Shown here: piece after piece, positions 18,560 through 27,967 of the stretch | How the letters are laid out: each line of letters starts with the position of its first letter | Numbering within the stretch: the stretch's first letter is position 1 | From: a delta proteobacterium MLS_D | GTDB taxonomy: Bacteria; Desulfobacterota; Syntrophia; Syntrophales; UBA2210 | Length of the DNA stretch: 64,000 nt | NCBI GenBank assembly: GCA_002030015.1 | Contig: LQBH01000001.1 | Coordinates: 103,900 to 167,899 of the forward strand | Reading direction: 5' to 3' | Program-made: the position numbers and the translations under genes | The notes under the pieces: model-generated | Database searches by the model: none | What the model was told of the DNA's origin: nothing | Seen by the model: the letters and a program-made list of their open reading frames with translations, nothing else

Positions 18560-19492
18560 TCATGCCTTATCGGCCGAATAATTTCGCTGGTTGATCCGGT
18601 AACAGCTGCCCTCATGTTCCTTGGCGAAAGCTTTCAATTCGGCGGCGATTTCGGTGATTTCTCCGTAGTGGGAAAAGGAAGAACCTTCCGAGAAGACGAC
18701 CCCTATGGAAATGGCCAGCAGAGGAAATTTCCGGGCCCGCCCGGAGCGGTTGTGTCCCTGAATGAACCCCCTGTCGCGGTCTTCGGGATCGTAAAAAGTG
18801 GGGATGATTCGATCGAAGGCCAGAATAAGGTCCCGGCAGATATCTTCCATGACCTGTGTGTCGGCTATGCTCACAAAGTCGTCGCCGCCGATGTGACCGA
18901 CGAAGCTGCCTTCATTCTGTCTGTCCTTCGTGATGGTGAAAAGCAATCGTCCCGTGATTCTCAGTACGTCATCTCCCCGGCTGAAGCCGTAGGTGTCGTT
19001 ATAGGGTTTGAAATTATCGAGATCCGCGTAGGCGAGGGCAAAGGGTTGTTTCTCGTCGAGCCGGTTCTGAATCTGTCGGTTGATGGAAATGTTTCCCGGC
19101 AGACGGGTCAGGGGATTCATTTCCACGACCCGCCTGGCGCGCAGAAGGCAAAGCTGGACCCTCGTTCGCAGCTCCCGCTTTAGATCTTTTTTCCATATAT
19201 AATCATCAACTTGCAGAACATTCCATTCGGGAACGCCTTTCGCGTCATCGAACAGGCCGATTACCGGCAGTCCGGAAAACAGCGGATCGTCCTTCAGGAA
19301 GGTGACAAGTTCCTTCGCGTCCTCTTCGGCCGCCATGTCGGCAATGAGCAGAAGGGGCATCTCGTTGCAGATACAATCATAAGCCGAAGAAACCCTGTCA
19401 AACACGAGCAGGCTGCCTTCGCCCGACAGTTCACGTTGTATGACCGATGTCACGGCGGGGTCGCCGGACAGAATCAGGATCGTGCCGGTCAT
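18560..19492 (-). CDS. atypical receiver + GGDEF-family nucleotide cyclase domain protein (motif GGDDF)
   Basis: The N-terminal REC-like fold keeps the candidate acceptor Asp (LLLIADM) but has SGD instead of DD and no conserved Thr/Ser. The C-terminal GGDEF fold shows DLDNFKPYNDTYGFSRGDDVL and HIGGDDF, with no RxxD I-site. The start ATG overlaps the HDOD stop (ATGA). Confidence 0.75.
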   Translation of the reverse strand: MTGTILILSGDPAVTSVIQRELSGEGSLLVFDRVSSAYDCICNEMPLLLIADMAAEEDAKELVTFLKDDPLFSGLPVIGLFDDAKGVPEWNVLQVDDYIWKKDLKRELRTRVQLCLLRARRVVEMNPLTRLPGNISINRQIQNRLDEKQPFALAYADLDNFKPYNDTYGFSRGDDVLRITGRLLFTITKDRQNEGSFVGHIGGDDFVSIADTQVMEDICRDLILAFDRIIPTFYDPEDRDRGFIQGHNRSGRARKFPLLAISIGVVFSEGSSFSHYGEITEIAAELKAFAKEHEGSCYRINQRNYSADKA

Positions 19493-20325
19493 CAGAGATC
19501 CTCCGCTTCTGAGGCGGCGGTTTCCAGTTCGGCGAGAATATCCCGCACGTCATCATCGGTAAGCTGCAGGAGCGTCCACGATTCTGGATGAATATCCGGA
19601 ACCAGCATGTCTCCGTTGATTCCTATTCCACGGGCGCGTACCAGTATGTCTGATACGTGAACGATGGCCGTTTCCAGCTTCGCCTGCCGCGAGAGATGAG
19701 GAGTGTGATGATATTCGATAGCTTCGGCGAGATTGACGGGGAACCGCCATTTCCGCGCCAGCCATGATCCCACGTCGGCGTGAGTTGCTTCGAATCGGCT
19801 TTGTTCCGCTTCGAAAAGACTTATTCCCTCGTCACGGGCCTTGGCGAGCACCGTCTCGTATTCCCGGGGGTAGTGAAGGATAAGTATAACCTTGCCTATG
19901 TCGTGAAGCAGTCCGCATATGGATACCTCTTCAGGTTCCTGCAGGTTTTTCTTTTGAGCAATGCACCGGGCGGCGACGGCGCATCCCACGGAATGTTCCC
20001 AGAGGCCCGCGATGTTTTTCTGCATAAGGTCGAAAACCGAGACGCCGAGAAGCAGTCCCCTGACCACGTTGAACCCGAGGAGCATGATGGCGTGTGAAAT
20101 GGATGAAATCCTGTTGGGGAAACCGTAAGCGGCGGAGTTTACCATCTTGAGAATTTTGCTGGTAAGCGCCGGATCACCGGATATAAAACCGCTCAGCTCG
20201 TCGATCGAGAGCCGCGGCTTTTCGAACATCGCCGAAATTTGTTTGAGGGCGGAGGGAACCGTCGGCAGGGCATTGATCGCCTCGGTCCTGGTCCGCATAT
20301 TTCTGATATCGATACGCTCAGTCAT
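19492..20325 (-). CDS. HDOD domain protein
   Basis: DPALTSKILKMVNSAAYGF..ISSISHAIMLLG followed by LHDIGK and YHH. The ATG at 20325 overlaps the stop of the upstream small gene (ATGACTGA); the ORF stays open to 20346. Confidence 0.8.
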   Translation of the reverse strand: MTERIDIRNMRTRTEAINALPTVPSALKQISAMFEKPRLSIDELSGFISGDPALTSKILKMVNSAAYGFPNRISSISHAIMLLGFNVVRGLLLGVSVFDLMQKNIAGLWEHSVGCAVAARCIAQKKNLQEPEEVSICGLLHDIGKVILILHYPREYETVLAKARDEGISLFEAEQSRFEATHADVGSWLARKWRFPVNLAEAIEYHHTPHLSRQAKLETAIVHVSDILVRARGIGINGDMLVPDIHPESWTLLQLTDDDVRDILAELETAASEAEDL

Positions 20326-20611
20326 AGAGGCCCGCGATGTGTTCACGAACGAGGTTTTTTATATGTTTCAGCAACGGATCGTCTTCCTTGTTGCGGAATC
20401 TTTCGTCCAGAAGCGTCATGGCTTCGTCGCGGGAAATCGGTTGTTCCTCCGAACCTTCGACGAAAGCATGTTCGATCTCCATGGAGCGCAGTCGCGATAT
20501 GGCAGTTTCACCGAGGACAACGCCTTTGCCGAGGAATACGGTCGATCCCCGCAGGATTGGTCTCTCCAGGACCATGCCCGGTTCTAGCTGGTCAATTGAT
20601 ACCTTTCGCAT
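20318..20611 (-). CDS. small protein resembling the DUF3391-type N-terminal domain of HD-GYP proteins
   Basis: 97 aa from the ATG at 20611 (GAAGGAA SD). MRKVSIDQLEPGMVLERPI..LGKGVVL..ISRLRSMEIEHAFVEG follows the pattern I associate with that domain. Confidence 0.5.
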   Translation of the reverse strand: MRKVSIDQLEPGMVLERPILRGSTVFLGKGVVLGETAISRLRSMEIEHAFVEGSEEQPISRDEAMTLLDERFRNKEDDPLLKHIKNLVREHIAGLYD

Positions 20612-20776
20612 GCTTTCGTTCCTTCTTTTAAAACTTGTGTAAAGCCGCTGAAGCACCTTTCCGAAGGGCTGTTGCCCCTGTCCGCCAAGCCTGCCGGTGA
20701 AGGTGAAACTACCTTCCATGGCGGTGAATGGCAAGCATTTTTTGGGTGTCGGTCCGCCGCCGATTCCGGACGGACT

Positions 20777-22210
20777 TCAGTATGCCCCGCCGACTCCCAG
20801 GTACCAGGTGGCGATGCTGAAATAGATTATAACGCCGCCCACGTCGGCGATCGATGTTATAAGGGGAGCGCTCGCGGTGGCGGGGTCCAGGTTGAACCTG
20901 GTCAGGACAAAGGGGAGCAGACACCCCACGAGGCTGCCGAACAGCACCACGGACAACATTGTAACGGCAACCACGAGGGCCACCTCAGGTCCAGACCGAG
21001 CCGCCCCCACAAGCGATACCGCGAGTGCCATTCCGAGGCCGAGGATCAGCGCTATTCCCACCTCCCTGCCCAGAAGGCGGATCCAGTCGCCGCTCTGCAC
21101 GTCACCCGTGGCGAGCGCGCGCACCATCAGCGTCGCCGATTGGGCGCCGGCGTTGCCGCCGCTTGCTATCAGGAGGGGCAGAAAGAACACCAGGGCGACA
21201 GCTGCCTGGATGGTGGGTTCAAAATAGGCGATACCGGCGCCGGACAGAAGATTGACGAACACCAGGGCGAGCAACCAGGGGAGTCGTTTCTGAATGAGCA
21301 GTCGCGAGCTTGCGTCGATGTAGCCGGTATCGGACAATTTTTCACCATACCCGCCGATTGATCCCATGCGGTGGAAATCTTCCGTCGCTTCTTCCTCGAT
21401 AATGTCGTGCACGTCATCAAAAGTGACGATACCAACCAGCTTATCGTCGCCATTGATAATGGGCACGGCCATGAGATCGTACTTTGCCAGGACTTCGGCC
21501 ACTTCTTCGTCGCTCGCCGTGGCATGGCAGAAAATCAGATCGTCGCTCATGATATCCATCAGGCGGGCCTCCGGCGAGGCCATAACGAGTTCCCGCAGCG
21601 ACACGACGCCAAGAAGTTTCCGCTCGTCGTCTGTGACGTATGACTGATAAATGGTCTCCCGGTTTGGTGCTTCCCGGCGCAGTTTCGCCAGGGCTTCTCC
21701 CGCCGTCAGGTGCGGCGCCAGCGAGCAATAGTCGGAGGTCATGACGGCGCCCGCCGTTCCCTCCGGGTAGGACGTCAGTTTGTTGATATCGTCACGTTCG
21801 GACTGTTCGAGCGCCTGGAGGATTTCGGTCCTCTGTTCCGGTTCAAACTGGTTGAAAAGATCGGCCCGCTCGTCGTGGGACATGGCTTTTATAATCGTGA
21901 CAAGGTCACTGCGGGCCATGGTCGACGCCATGCGGGCTTCGAATCTGGCGGGCAGGTAATTGAATATTTGCACCCGGGACTCGATATCCAGGATATTAAT
22001 AAAATTGCAGGCTTTTTCCGGTGTGTATGATTCGAGTATCAGCGCAGCATCGGCGGGGTGAACGGATGAGAAGAAATCCCGCAGCGCGTCGACGTCGCCG
22101 GCTGCAAGGTATGACTCGAGCCGTTCCGCCAGGGCGTCGCGGGCGTCCCCATCTCCGGCGAGGGCGCTCTCAAGAAGCTCTTTTAGTTCAAGAAGGATTG
22201 TATTCGGCAT
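20777..22210 (-). CDS. mgtE: magnesium transporter MgtE
   Basis: 477 aa with an N-domain, tandem CBS domains and a C-terminal 5-TM domain carrying LDPATASAPLITSIADVGG. Confidence 0.9.
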   Translation of the reverse strand: MPNTILLELKELLESALAGDGDARDALAERLESYLAAGDVDALRDFFSSVHPADAALILESYTPEKACNFINILDIESRVQIFNYLPARFEARMASTMARSDLVTIIKAMSHDERADLFNQFEPEQRTEILQALEQSERDDINKLTSYPEGTAGAVMTSDYCSLAPHLTAGEALAKLRREAPNRETIYQSYVTDDERKLLGVVSLRELVMASPEARLMDIMSDDLIFCHATASDEEVAEVLAKYDLMAVPIINGDDKLVGIVTFDDVHDIIEEEATEDFHRMGSIGGYGEKLSDTGYIDASSRLLIQKRLPWLLALVFVNLLSGAGIAYFEPTIQAAVALVFFLPLLIASGGNAGAQSATLMVRALATGDVQSGDWIRLLGREVGIALILGLGMALAVSLVGAARSGPEVALVVAVTMLSVVLFGSLVGCLLPFVLTRFNLDPATASAPLITSIADVGGVIIYFSIATWYLGVGGAY

Positions 22211-22583
22211 GATCCACCTCTTTCAGCCGTCACACCCACGGGCGACGGCTCAGGCGGATCAGGAAACTATGGCTGGTGTTTCAATCCGCTGACCGGCATC
22301 CGCCACGGGGGCTCTTCCGGCATAATTTCGACGGCTCTTGGAACGTCGTCGGCTGGTTTTATTTCCGGGCAACTACTACTCGGAACGTCCATTTTACTTT
22401 GTCTGTCCTTATGTTTTGTTTTACCGTGGACACCGCGGAAATCCTGTAATACGCGGGTCTGTAATCGAGGAAAGCTGTATATTAAAAATTATTTATTGTC
22501 AACAGCCGTGACGGGTATTCCTTTATTTTTTTTAACTCTTCCGGTACACCGTCTTGAATCGTTTCTCATATAATTTTTAAAAG

Positions 22584-22611
22584 TTGCATTTATTGTGCTC
22601 TGTTGTAATAT
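22584..22611 (+). promoter_or_regulatory. candidate sigma-70 promoter for the inositol-3-phosphate synthase gene
   Basis: TTGCAT-16 nt-TAATAT in an AT-rich stretch, about 70 nt upstream of the GTG start. Confidence 0.35.
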
Positions 22612-22679
22612 ACGAAGTCGCCTGTTTCTGGTTGGCTCTCATAAACTTGCACGTTGAATGTTCAGGAGGTGCTCTGCTC

Positions 22680-23774
22680 GTGGGTAAGATACGTATCGCT
22701 CTCGCCGGCGTCGGTAATTGCGCCAGTTCTCTTATTCAAGGAATTCATTATTATCGTAACGGAATCCCGTCAGAAGCAATCGGCCTGATGCACTGGTCCA
22801 TCGGCGGGTATCGTCCCGAGGATATCGAAGTAGTGGCTGCCCTCGACATTGACGCGAGGAAAGTCGGTCGAGATTTGCACGAGGCCGTTTTCGCCGAACC
22901 CAACTGCACGCGTGTGTTCTTCTCGGAACTGGATCATTCGGGTGTCACGGTGCGCATGGGAAAAATTCTCGATGGTATTTCCGAACACATGAAGGATTAC
23001 GAGCCCCGACGAACCTTTGTGCCCGCCGAGGCGCCCGAACCGGATCGTGAGGACATCGTCCGGCTTCTCAGGGAAAGCGGCGCCGAAATACTGTTGAACT
23101 ACATGCCCGTCGGTTCCGATGAAGCGACCAGGTTTTACGCGGAATGCGCTCTCGAGGCGGGGATCGGATTCATCAACAACATGCCGTCCTTCATCGCCAG
23201 CGACCCGCAGTGGGCTGAACGTTTCGCCGAAAAGAACATTCCCATCATCGGCGACGACGTGAAATCGCAGCTGGGCGCCACCATAACGCACCGTGTCCTG
23301 GCGGACCTGTTCAAGAAACGGGGCGTCAGATTTGACAGGACCTATCAGCTCAATACAGGCGGGAACACTGATTTTCTCAATATGCTCAATCAGGACCGCC
23401 TTGTGTCGAAACGGGAATCAAAAACAGAAGCGGTTCAGTCCGTGACGGATCACCGCCTCTCGAAAGAGGATATTCACATCGGTCCCAGTGATTACATTCC
23501 CTGGCTGAAGGACAATAAGGTCTGCTTCCTGAGGATGGAAGGAAGAATCTTCGGCGATGTTTCGATTAACCTTGAATTACGACTTTCCGTTGAGGATTCA
23601 CCCAACTCGGCGGGGGTGGCCATTGACTCGGTGCGATGTGTAAAACTTGCACTTGACAGAGGCCAGGGCGGCGTGCTTGAGGGGCCGTCGGCATACTTCT
23701 GCAAGCATCCCCTGCGACAGTACACCGATGATGAAGCCTACCGCATGACCGAAGAATTCATCGCCGGCTCCTGA
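22680..23774 (+). CDS. ino1: myo-inositol-3-phosphate synthase (archaeal/bacterial short type)
   Basis: GTG start 10 nt after AGGAGG. N-terminal GKIRIALAGVGNCASSLIQGIHYY, a central SQLGATI block and a C-terminal NSAGVAID block. Confidence 0.85.
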   Translation: MGKIRIALAGVGNCASSLIQGIHYYRNGIPSEAIGLMHWSIGGYRPEDIEVVAALDIDARKVGRDLHEAVFAEPNCTRVFFSELDHSGVTVRMGKILDGISEHMKDYEPRRTFVPAEAPEPDREDIVRLLRESGAEILLNYMPVGSDEATRFYAECALEAGIGFINNMPSFIASDPQWAERFAEKNIPIIGDDVKSQLGATITHRVLADLFKKRGVRFDRTYQLNTGGNTDFLNMLNQDRLVSKRESKTEAVQSVTDHRLSKEDIHIGPSDYIPWLKDNKVCFLRMEGRIFGDVSINLELRLSVEDSPNSAGVAIDSVRCVKLALDRGQGGVLEGPSAYFCKHPLRQYTDDEAYRMTEEFIAGS

Positions 23775-23785
23775 GCCTGGCACAA

Positions 23786-24589
23786 TCATCGCCAGGAACT
23801 TCGCAGTCTTGACAACTCGCGCCCCGTTTCGGCGTGGAGGATCCTGTGCAGATAGACGTTTTGATCGTCGGAATCGTCAATGCGGCAGACCTGTGATCTG
23901 ATGAAATCGTCTTCAAGTGCTTCGGCCTGAAACAGGACATCTATCTCCCGGGGGCTGCAACCATCAGCCGTTTCCCGCGGGACGGTATCTATCGCCCATT
24001 GGACGAAAACGGCATTGTTGGCGTGCCGGTTCACGTCGAGGTCGTGCCTTCTGACCGGAAGAAGAGCTTCGCGATCGATCCGTGTCGGAACTTCAGGCGG
24101 CCTGAATGTCCAGGTAATATCCTTCTCGCACCCGCACGCCAGCGCCGGCAGGTTCCTGTCGAGGCGCAGCGGCCTTCGCGATCCCAGGTGAATGAGGATC
24201 CATGAACTTTTCGCGTGGGCGATCTTTCGGCCTGATCCGTTTCGTACGTCAAATTCCCTCAGTTCGTACAGTCGTCGATGAGTCTGCCGCCAGGTACGGA
24301 CTTCGATATTCTCATTCAACGACGGATACCGGTCGATGTGCAGGCTGTATTGATGAAGCACCCAGCCGAGGCCGGACTGTATGAGATCACCGGACGACAC
24401 GCCCAGCAGGGCGGCATGATCGCCGGCGGCATCCTGCAGGTAGTTAAAAATTGCGCCCGGTTTGAGACGACCGTCGGCGCCCGTTTCCGAGTACCTGACC
24501 GCGTAGTTCGCCGTGAACAGAGCTTTCGATGTATCGCTCGAAACGTGCTCATCCGCGGTGTCCGGCGCTGCTATCGTGTTTTTCACCAT
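23786..24589 (-). CDS. acyl-ACP thioesterase family protein
   Basis: 267 aa with a double hot-dog arrangement: YAVRYSETGADGRLKPGAIFNYLQDAA.., then a second-half DLDVNRHANN block. Confidence 0.7.
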   Translation of the reverse strand: MVKNTIAAPDTADEHVSSDTSKALFTANYAVRYSETGADGRLKPGAIFNYLQDAAGDHAALLGVSSGDLIQSGLGWVLHQYSLHIDRYPSLNENIEVRTWRQTHRRLYELREFDVRNGSGRKIAHAKSSWILIHLGSRRPLRLDRNLPALACGCEKDITWTFRPPEVPTRIDREALLPVRRHDLDVNRHANNAVFVQWAIDTVPRETADGCSPREIDVLFQAEALEDDFIRSQVCRIDDSDDQNVYLHRILHAETGRELSRLRSSWR

Positions 24590-24635
24590 CGTTCTTCAGA
24601 ACCGACCATTTCCAGGCGACAGCATTCGATCGCCA

Positions 24636-25415
24636 TCACTTAAAAAGATCTTCCACACCCTTTTTTATGTCTTCAAGGTTACCGCCGGACTTGTCAATTA
24701 TTTCACGGCCACGTTTTTCCAGTTCGCCGAGTTTTTCACGGAAAAGTGCCGTGTTTTCAGTCGCCGAACGAGCCGCCGCGGTGTACACCTGCCGGTAGAT
24801 CTGCCTGATGGCTTCGCCCGCCGTTTCGCCGCCGCTTTTTTCACCAATGCCGGTGAGATGAAGATCGGGCAGAGGAATGGTGACCAGTTTTTTGCCTGAT
24901 GCAACGAAATCCAGAGACCCGTCCTTTAGATACACATTTCTGATGATTACCTTTTTGCCCGGTTTCTTATCTTCAGGTGGAGCTTCAGCCGGTTTCTCCC
25001 CCGGTTTTTTGAAACGCTCCGTGTATGATTCGATATTTTTCATGATCTGTTGATGATTGTCCCCCCTGAGCTCTTCCCAGGTGACGGCCGCTCCCTCGAT
25101 GGTTACTTCTCGCACGATGACTACATCCTTTAAAAGCGACGCGGGGTCAACCTCGATTCGGAAGCGGCGGACGGCGAGGGAATGGTCGGCAGTGAACCCC
25201 GATGGGTTGCCCATGGTAAAGGTATTCAGACCGAACGTCCCCGAAAAGGGTGAGATATCGACGGAATCAACGGTTACGCTGACACCTGTCGCTTCAGGAC
25301 CGACCGTTTCGATACCCGTCTTGATGATTTTGTCCATCATGATGTAAACGGCGGCCAGTGCCCCGCCGACAACGATGACGAGAACCGCCGCGACGACGAT
25401 GATTGCTTTTTTCAT
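24636..25415 (-). CDS. N-terminally membrane-anchored protein (AsmA/DUF748-like)
   Basis: Single N-terminal TM helix (AIIVVAAVLVIVVGGALAAVYI), then beta-rich repeats and a Lys/Pro/Glu linker. The family call is tentative. Confidence 0.45.
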   Translation of the reverse strand: MKKAIIVVAAVLVIVVGGALAAVYIMMDKIIKTGIETVGPEATGVSVTVDSVDISPFSGTFGLNTFTMGNPSGFTADHSLAVRRFRIEVDPASLLKDVVIVREVTIEGAAVTWEELRGDNHQQIMKNIESYTERFKKPGEKPAEAPPEDKKPGKKVIIRNVYLKDGSLDFVASGKKLVTIPLPDLHLTGIGEKSGGETAGEAIRQIYRQVYTAAARSATENTALFREKLGELEKRGREIIDKSGGNLEDIKKGVEDLFK

Positions 25416-25475
25416 GGCGTGATACCTCCTCAGTTATCTGCCGGTACCGTTAGCGGTACCGCCGCGCCTGCTTCA

Positions 25476-26303
25476 TCAGGGGAGCCCGGCTCCCGGGACT
25501 TCCACCTCGATTCCCTCTATACAGCCATCGGTGAGAGACCATCCTCCGGAGGTGCAGACGAAGAGCGTGCGCCGGTCAACTCCTCCCAGCATGCAGGCAT
25601 AGGGTCTGGTGGAAACCGACACGCGGTCCGCTATGGTGCCGCCGGGAAGTACCCGTAACACGTCAGCCGTTTCAGGAGAGGCCACCCACACGGCGCCATC
25701 CCGGTCGAGACAGATGCCGTCGGGTGTGGCCGGCGCGATGTCCGCCCAGAGACGACGGTCCACCAGCGAGCCGTCTTCTTTCCTGGTGAAGGCGGTCAGC
25801 CGTCGTCCGAAACTCTCGGCCACGATGAGCGTTCGACCATCGGGAGTGATGACCGTGCCGTTGGGAAAGGCCATGTCTCTTGCCGCCACGCGGGCCGATC
25901 CGTCGGGTTTGACCATGATGATTTCCGCGGGGGAGAAAGGTTCCCGTTTTGTGAGATCAAACCCGAAATTTCCAATGTACGCCCGTCCCCGGTCGTCGAC
26001 GACCATGTCGTTGAGGTGGTAGGAGGCCAGATCGAAAAGATCCGCTACCTCGACCAGGCCGTCGGAATCGAGGCGGAGCAGTTTCCGGTCGATCATGGAT
26101 ACCACCAGCAAACGTCCGTCAGGAAGCCACCCGAGTCCCGAAGGACTGCCGGGTACATGAAGGACAGTGTTGAGAACGCCGGTCTCGTCAACGGTCATGA
26201 CCACTCCACGGTTCATGTCGGAAAACCAGAGCCGGTCACCACGCCAGCGCGGGTCCTCGGGAAAACCGAGACCTTCCGCCAGAATTGTCGTTTGCTTTGT
26301 CAT
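25476..26303 (-). CDS. SMP-30/gluconolactonase/LRE-family beta-propeller protein
   Basis: Start at the ATG at 26303 with a GGAG SD. Repeated propeller blocks (EGLGFPEDPRW, PSGLGWLPDGRLLV, PNGTVITPDGRTLIVAES, PDGICLDRDGAVWVA). Confidence 0.75.
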   Translation of the reverse strand: MTKQTTILAEGLGFPEDPRWRGDRLWFSDMNRGVVMTVDETGVLNTVLHVPGSPSGLGWLPDGRLLVVSMIDRKLLRLDSDGLVEVADLFDLASYHLNDMVVDDRGRAYIGNFGFDLTKREPFSPAEIIMVKPDGSARVAARDMAFPNGTVITPDGRTLIVAESFGRRLTAFTRKEDGSLVDRRLWADIAPATPDGICLDRDGAVWVASPETADVLRVLPGGTIADRVSVSTRPYACMLGGVDRRTLFVCTSGGWSLTDGCIEGIEVEVPGAGLP

Positions 26304-26482
26304 TACCTGCTCCGAACAGTATTTTTTATTATTGTTTGTATACACGCTCAGGGATTACGGTTCAAATAATTATTCGAGTTTTCACGCTGTGCCGGGGCCG
26401 ATTTTGATGGACGGAAAATAACCTCTCGTGGTAGGGCTCACCGGAGAAGCGGCAGGCGGATATGGGAGTCCGGGAGTGAGAT

Positions 26483-27925
26483 ATGGAGAAACGCGTACAG
26501 GCGTCGATTCTCATCATTGACGACGATGCAGGATTTTCCGGCATGCTTGGTGAGACGTTGCAACAGGAAGGGTATCGGACGGTAACGGCCGGAACCCTGG
26601 AGAAAGGAATGACGCATCTCGCAGGGGAGCATTTCGACCTGGTGCTTCTCGACGTTCGTCTTCCCGACGGGAACGGTCTTGCCGCACTTCCCAGCATCAA
26701 ATCGGTACGCTCGTCTCCGGAGGTGATAATCATGACCGGATTCGGCGACGTGGACGGCGCCGGGCTTGCCCTGCGAAACGGTGCGTGGGATTACCTGGAG
26801 AAAACGTCCGGCATGGACAGCATCTTGTTGCCGGTGATTCGAGCGCTGCAATACCGTGAAGCCAGGACGCCTTCTCCCCGGGCGGTGCTTTTTACTCGTT
26901 CGGGAATCAGGGGGAAGGGTCCACGCATAGCCGCGTGCCTGGATTTCGTGGCCCGCGTCGCTCCGACCGATGCCGCGGTACTTATCAGGGGAGAGACCGG
27001 AACCGGCAAGGAACTTTTCGCCCGCGCCATTCACGAGAATAGCCGCCGTCCGAGAGGAAAATTCGTGGTGGTTGACTGCGCCGCCTTGTCGCCGGGCCTG
27101 GCGGGAAGCATTCTCTTCGGCCATGACAGGGGGGCCTTTACGGGCGCCGACCGGGTTCACCAGGGTCTCGTGAAAGAGGCTCACGGCGGGACGCTCTTCC
27201 TTGACGAGGTGGCCGAGCTGCCGCTCGAGATGCAGACAGTATTCCTGCGGGTGCTTCAGGAACACCGTTTCCGTTCCCTGGGCGGCAGGAGAGACGAGAC
27301 AAGCGACTTTCGCCTGGTGGCGGCCACCAACCGGAATCTCGAAGACATGGAACGGGAAGGCCGTTTCAGAAGCGAGCTTTTGTTCAGACTGGGCGCTTCG
27401 GTTCTGACCGCGCCTCCGCTTCGGGAGTGCCGCGAAGACATAGCGGAACTTTCCATGCTGCACCTCGCCAGGCTTTCCGATCGTTACAATGTTCCCTGCA
27501 AGGGGCTTGCGCCGGATTTTCTGGAATCACTGTTACTCTACGACTGGCCGGGCAACGTTCGGCAGCTTTTTCACGTCCTGGAAAGGGCCTTCGCTGAAGC
27601 GCTGGACGAAACGGTTCTCTTTTCGCGGGATTTGCCTCTCGAAGTTCGCTTGAAGGCGCGGGAAACAAGCCGGCGGCCGCCGGAACCCGAAACGAATGAA
27701 TCACCACCCGTTTCGAAGAAAGTGCGGGGAAACGAGCCCTTTCTGCGGCTCCGGGATGTGCGTAATGAGGCCATCGCGCAGGCAGAAAGAGAGTATGTCG
27801 ACAGGCTCCTTGAGGTCACCGGCGGCGATATAAAACAGGCGATCGCCCCGTCGGGATTATCCCGTTCGCAGTTGTACCGTCTCATAAAAAAATATGCGCC
27901 CGGCCGCCGTTCAGGCGGTGCATAA
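26483..27925 (+). CDS. sigma-54-dependent response regulator (NtrC family: REC-AAA+-HTH)
   Basis: ILIIDDD..LVLLDVRLPDGNG receiver, GETGTGKELFARAIH Walker A, GAFTGA loop, C-terminal Fis-type HTH (SRSQLYRLIKKY). Confidence 0.9.
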   Translation: MEKRVQASILIIDDDAGFSGMLGETLQQEGYRTVTAGTLEKGMTHLAGEHFDLVLLDVRLPDGNGLAALPSIKSVRSSPEVIIMTGFGDVDGAGLALRNGAWDYLEKTSGMDSILLPVIRALQYREARTPSPRAVLFTRSGIRGKGPRIAACLDFVARVAPTDAAVLIRGETGTGKELFARAIHENSRRPRGKFVVVDCAALSPGLAGSILFGHDRGAFTGADRVHQGLVKEAHGGTLFLDEVAELPLEMQTVFLRVLQEHRFRSLGGRRDETSDFRLVAATNRNLEDMEREGRFRSELLFRLGASVLTAPPLRECREDIAELSMLHLARLSDRYNVPCKGLAPDFLESLLLYDWPGNVRQLFHVLERAFAEALDETVLFSRDLPLEVRLKARETSRRPPEPETNESPPVSKKVRGNEPFLRLRDVRNEAIAQAEREYVDRLLEVTGGDIKQAIAPSGLSRSQLYRLIKKYAPGRRSGGA

Positions 27926-27967
27926 TCCGATTGTTCACGCGATTGATGTCGCGTCGGCTGGCACAGT

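Noticed and set aside
22211-22500. M-box (ykoK) Mg2+ riboswitch upstream of mgtE.
   Set aside because: I could not find the conserved M-box core strings in the minus-strand leader. The region is kept only as an unclassified structured leader; see findings.
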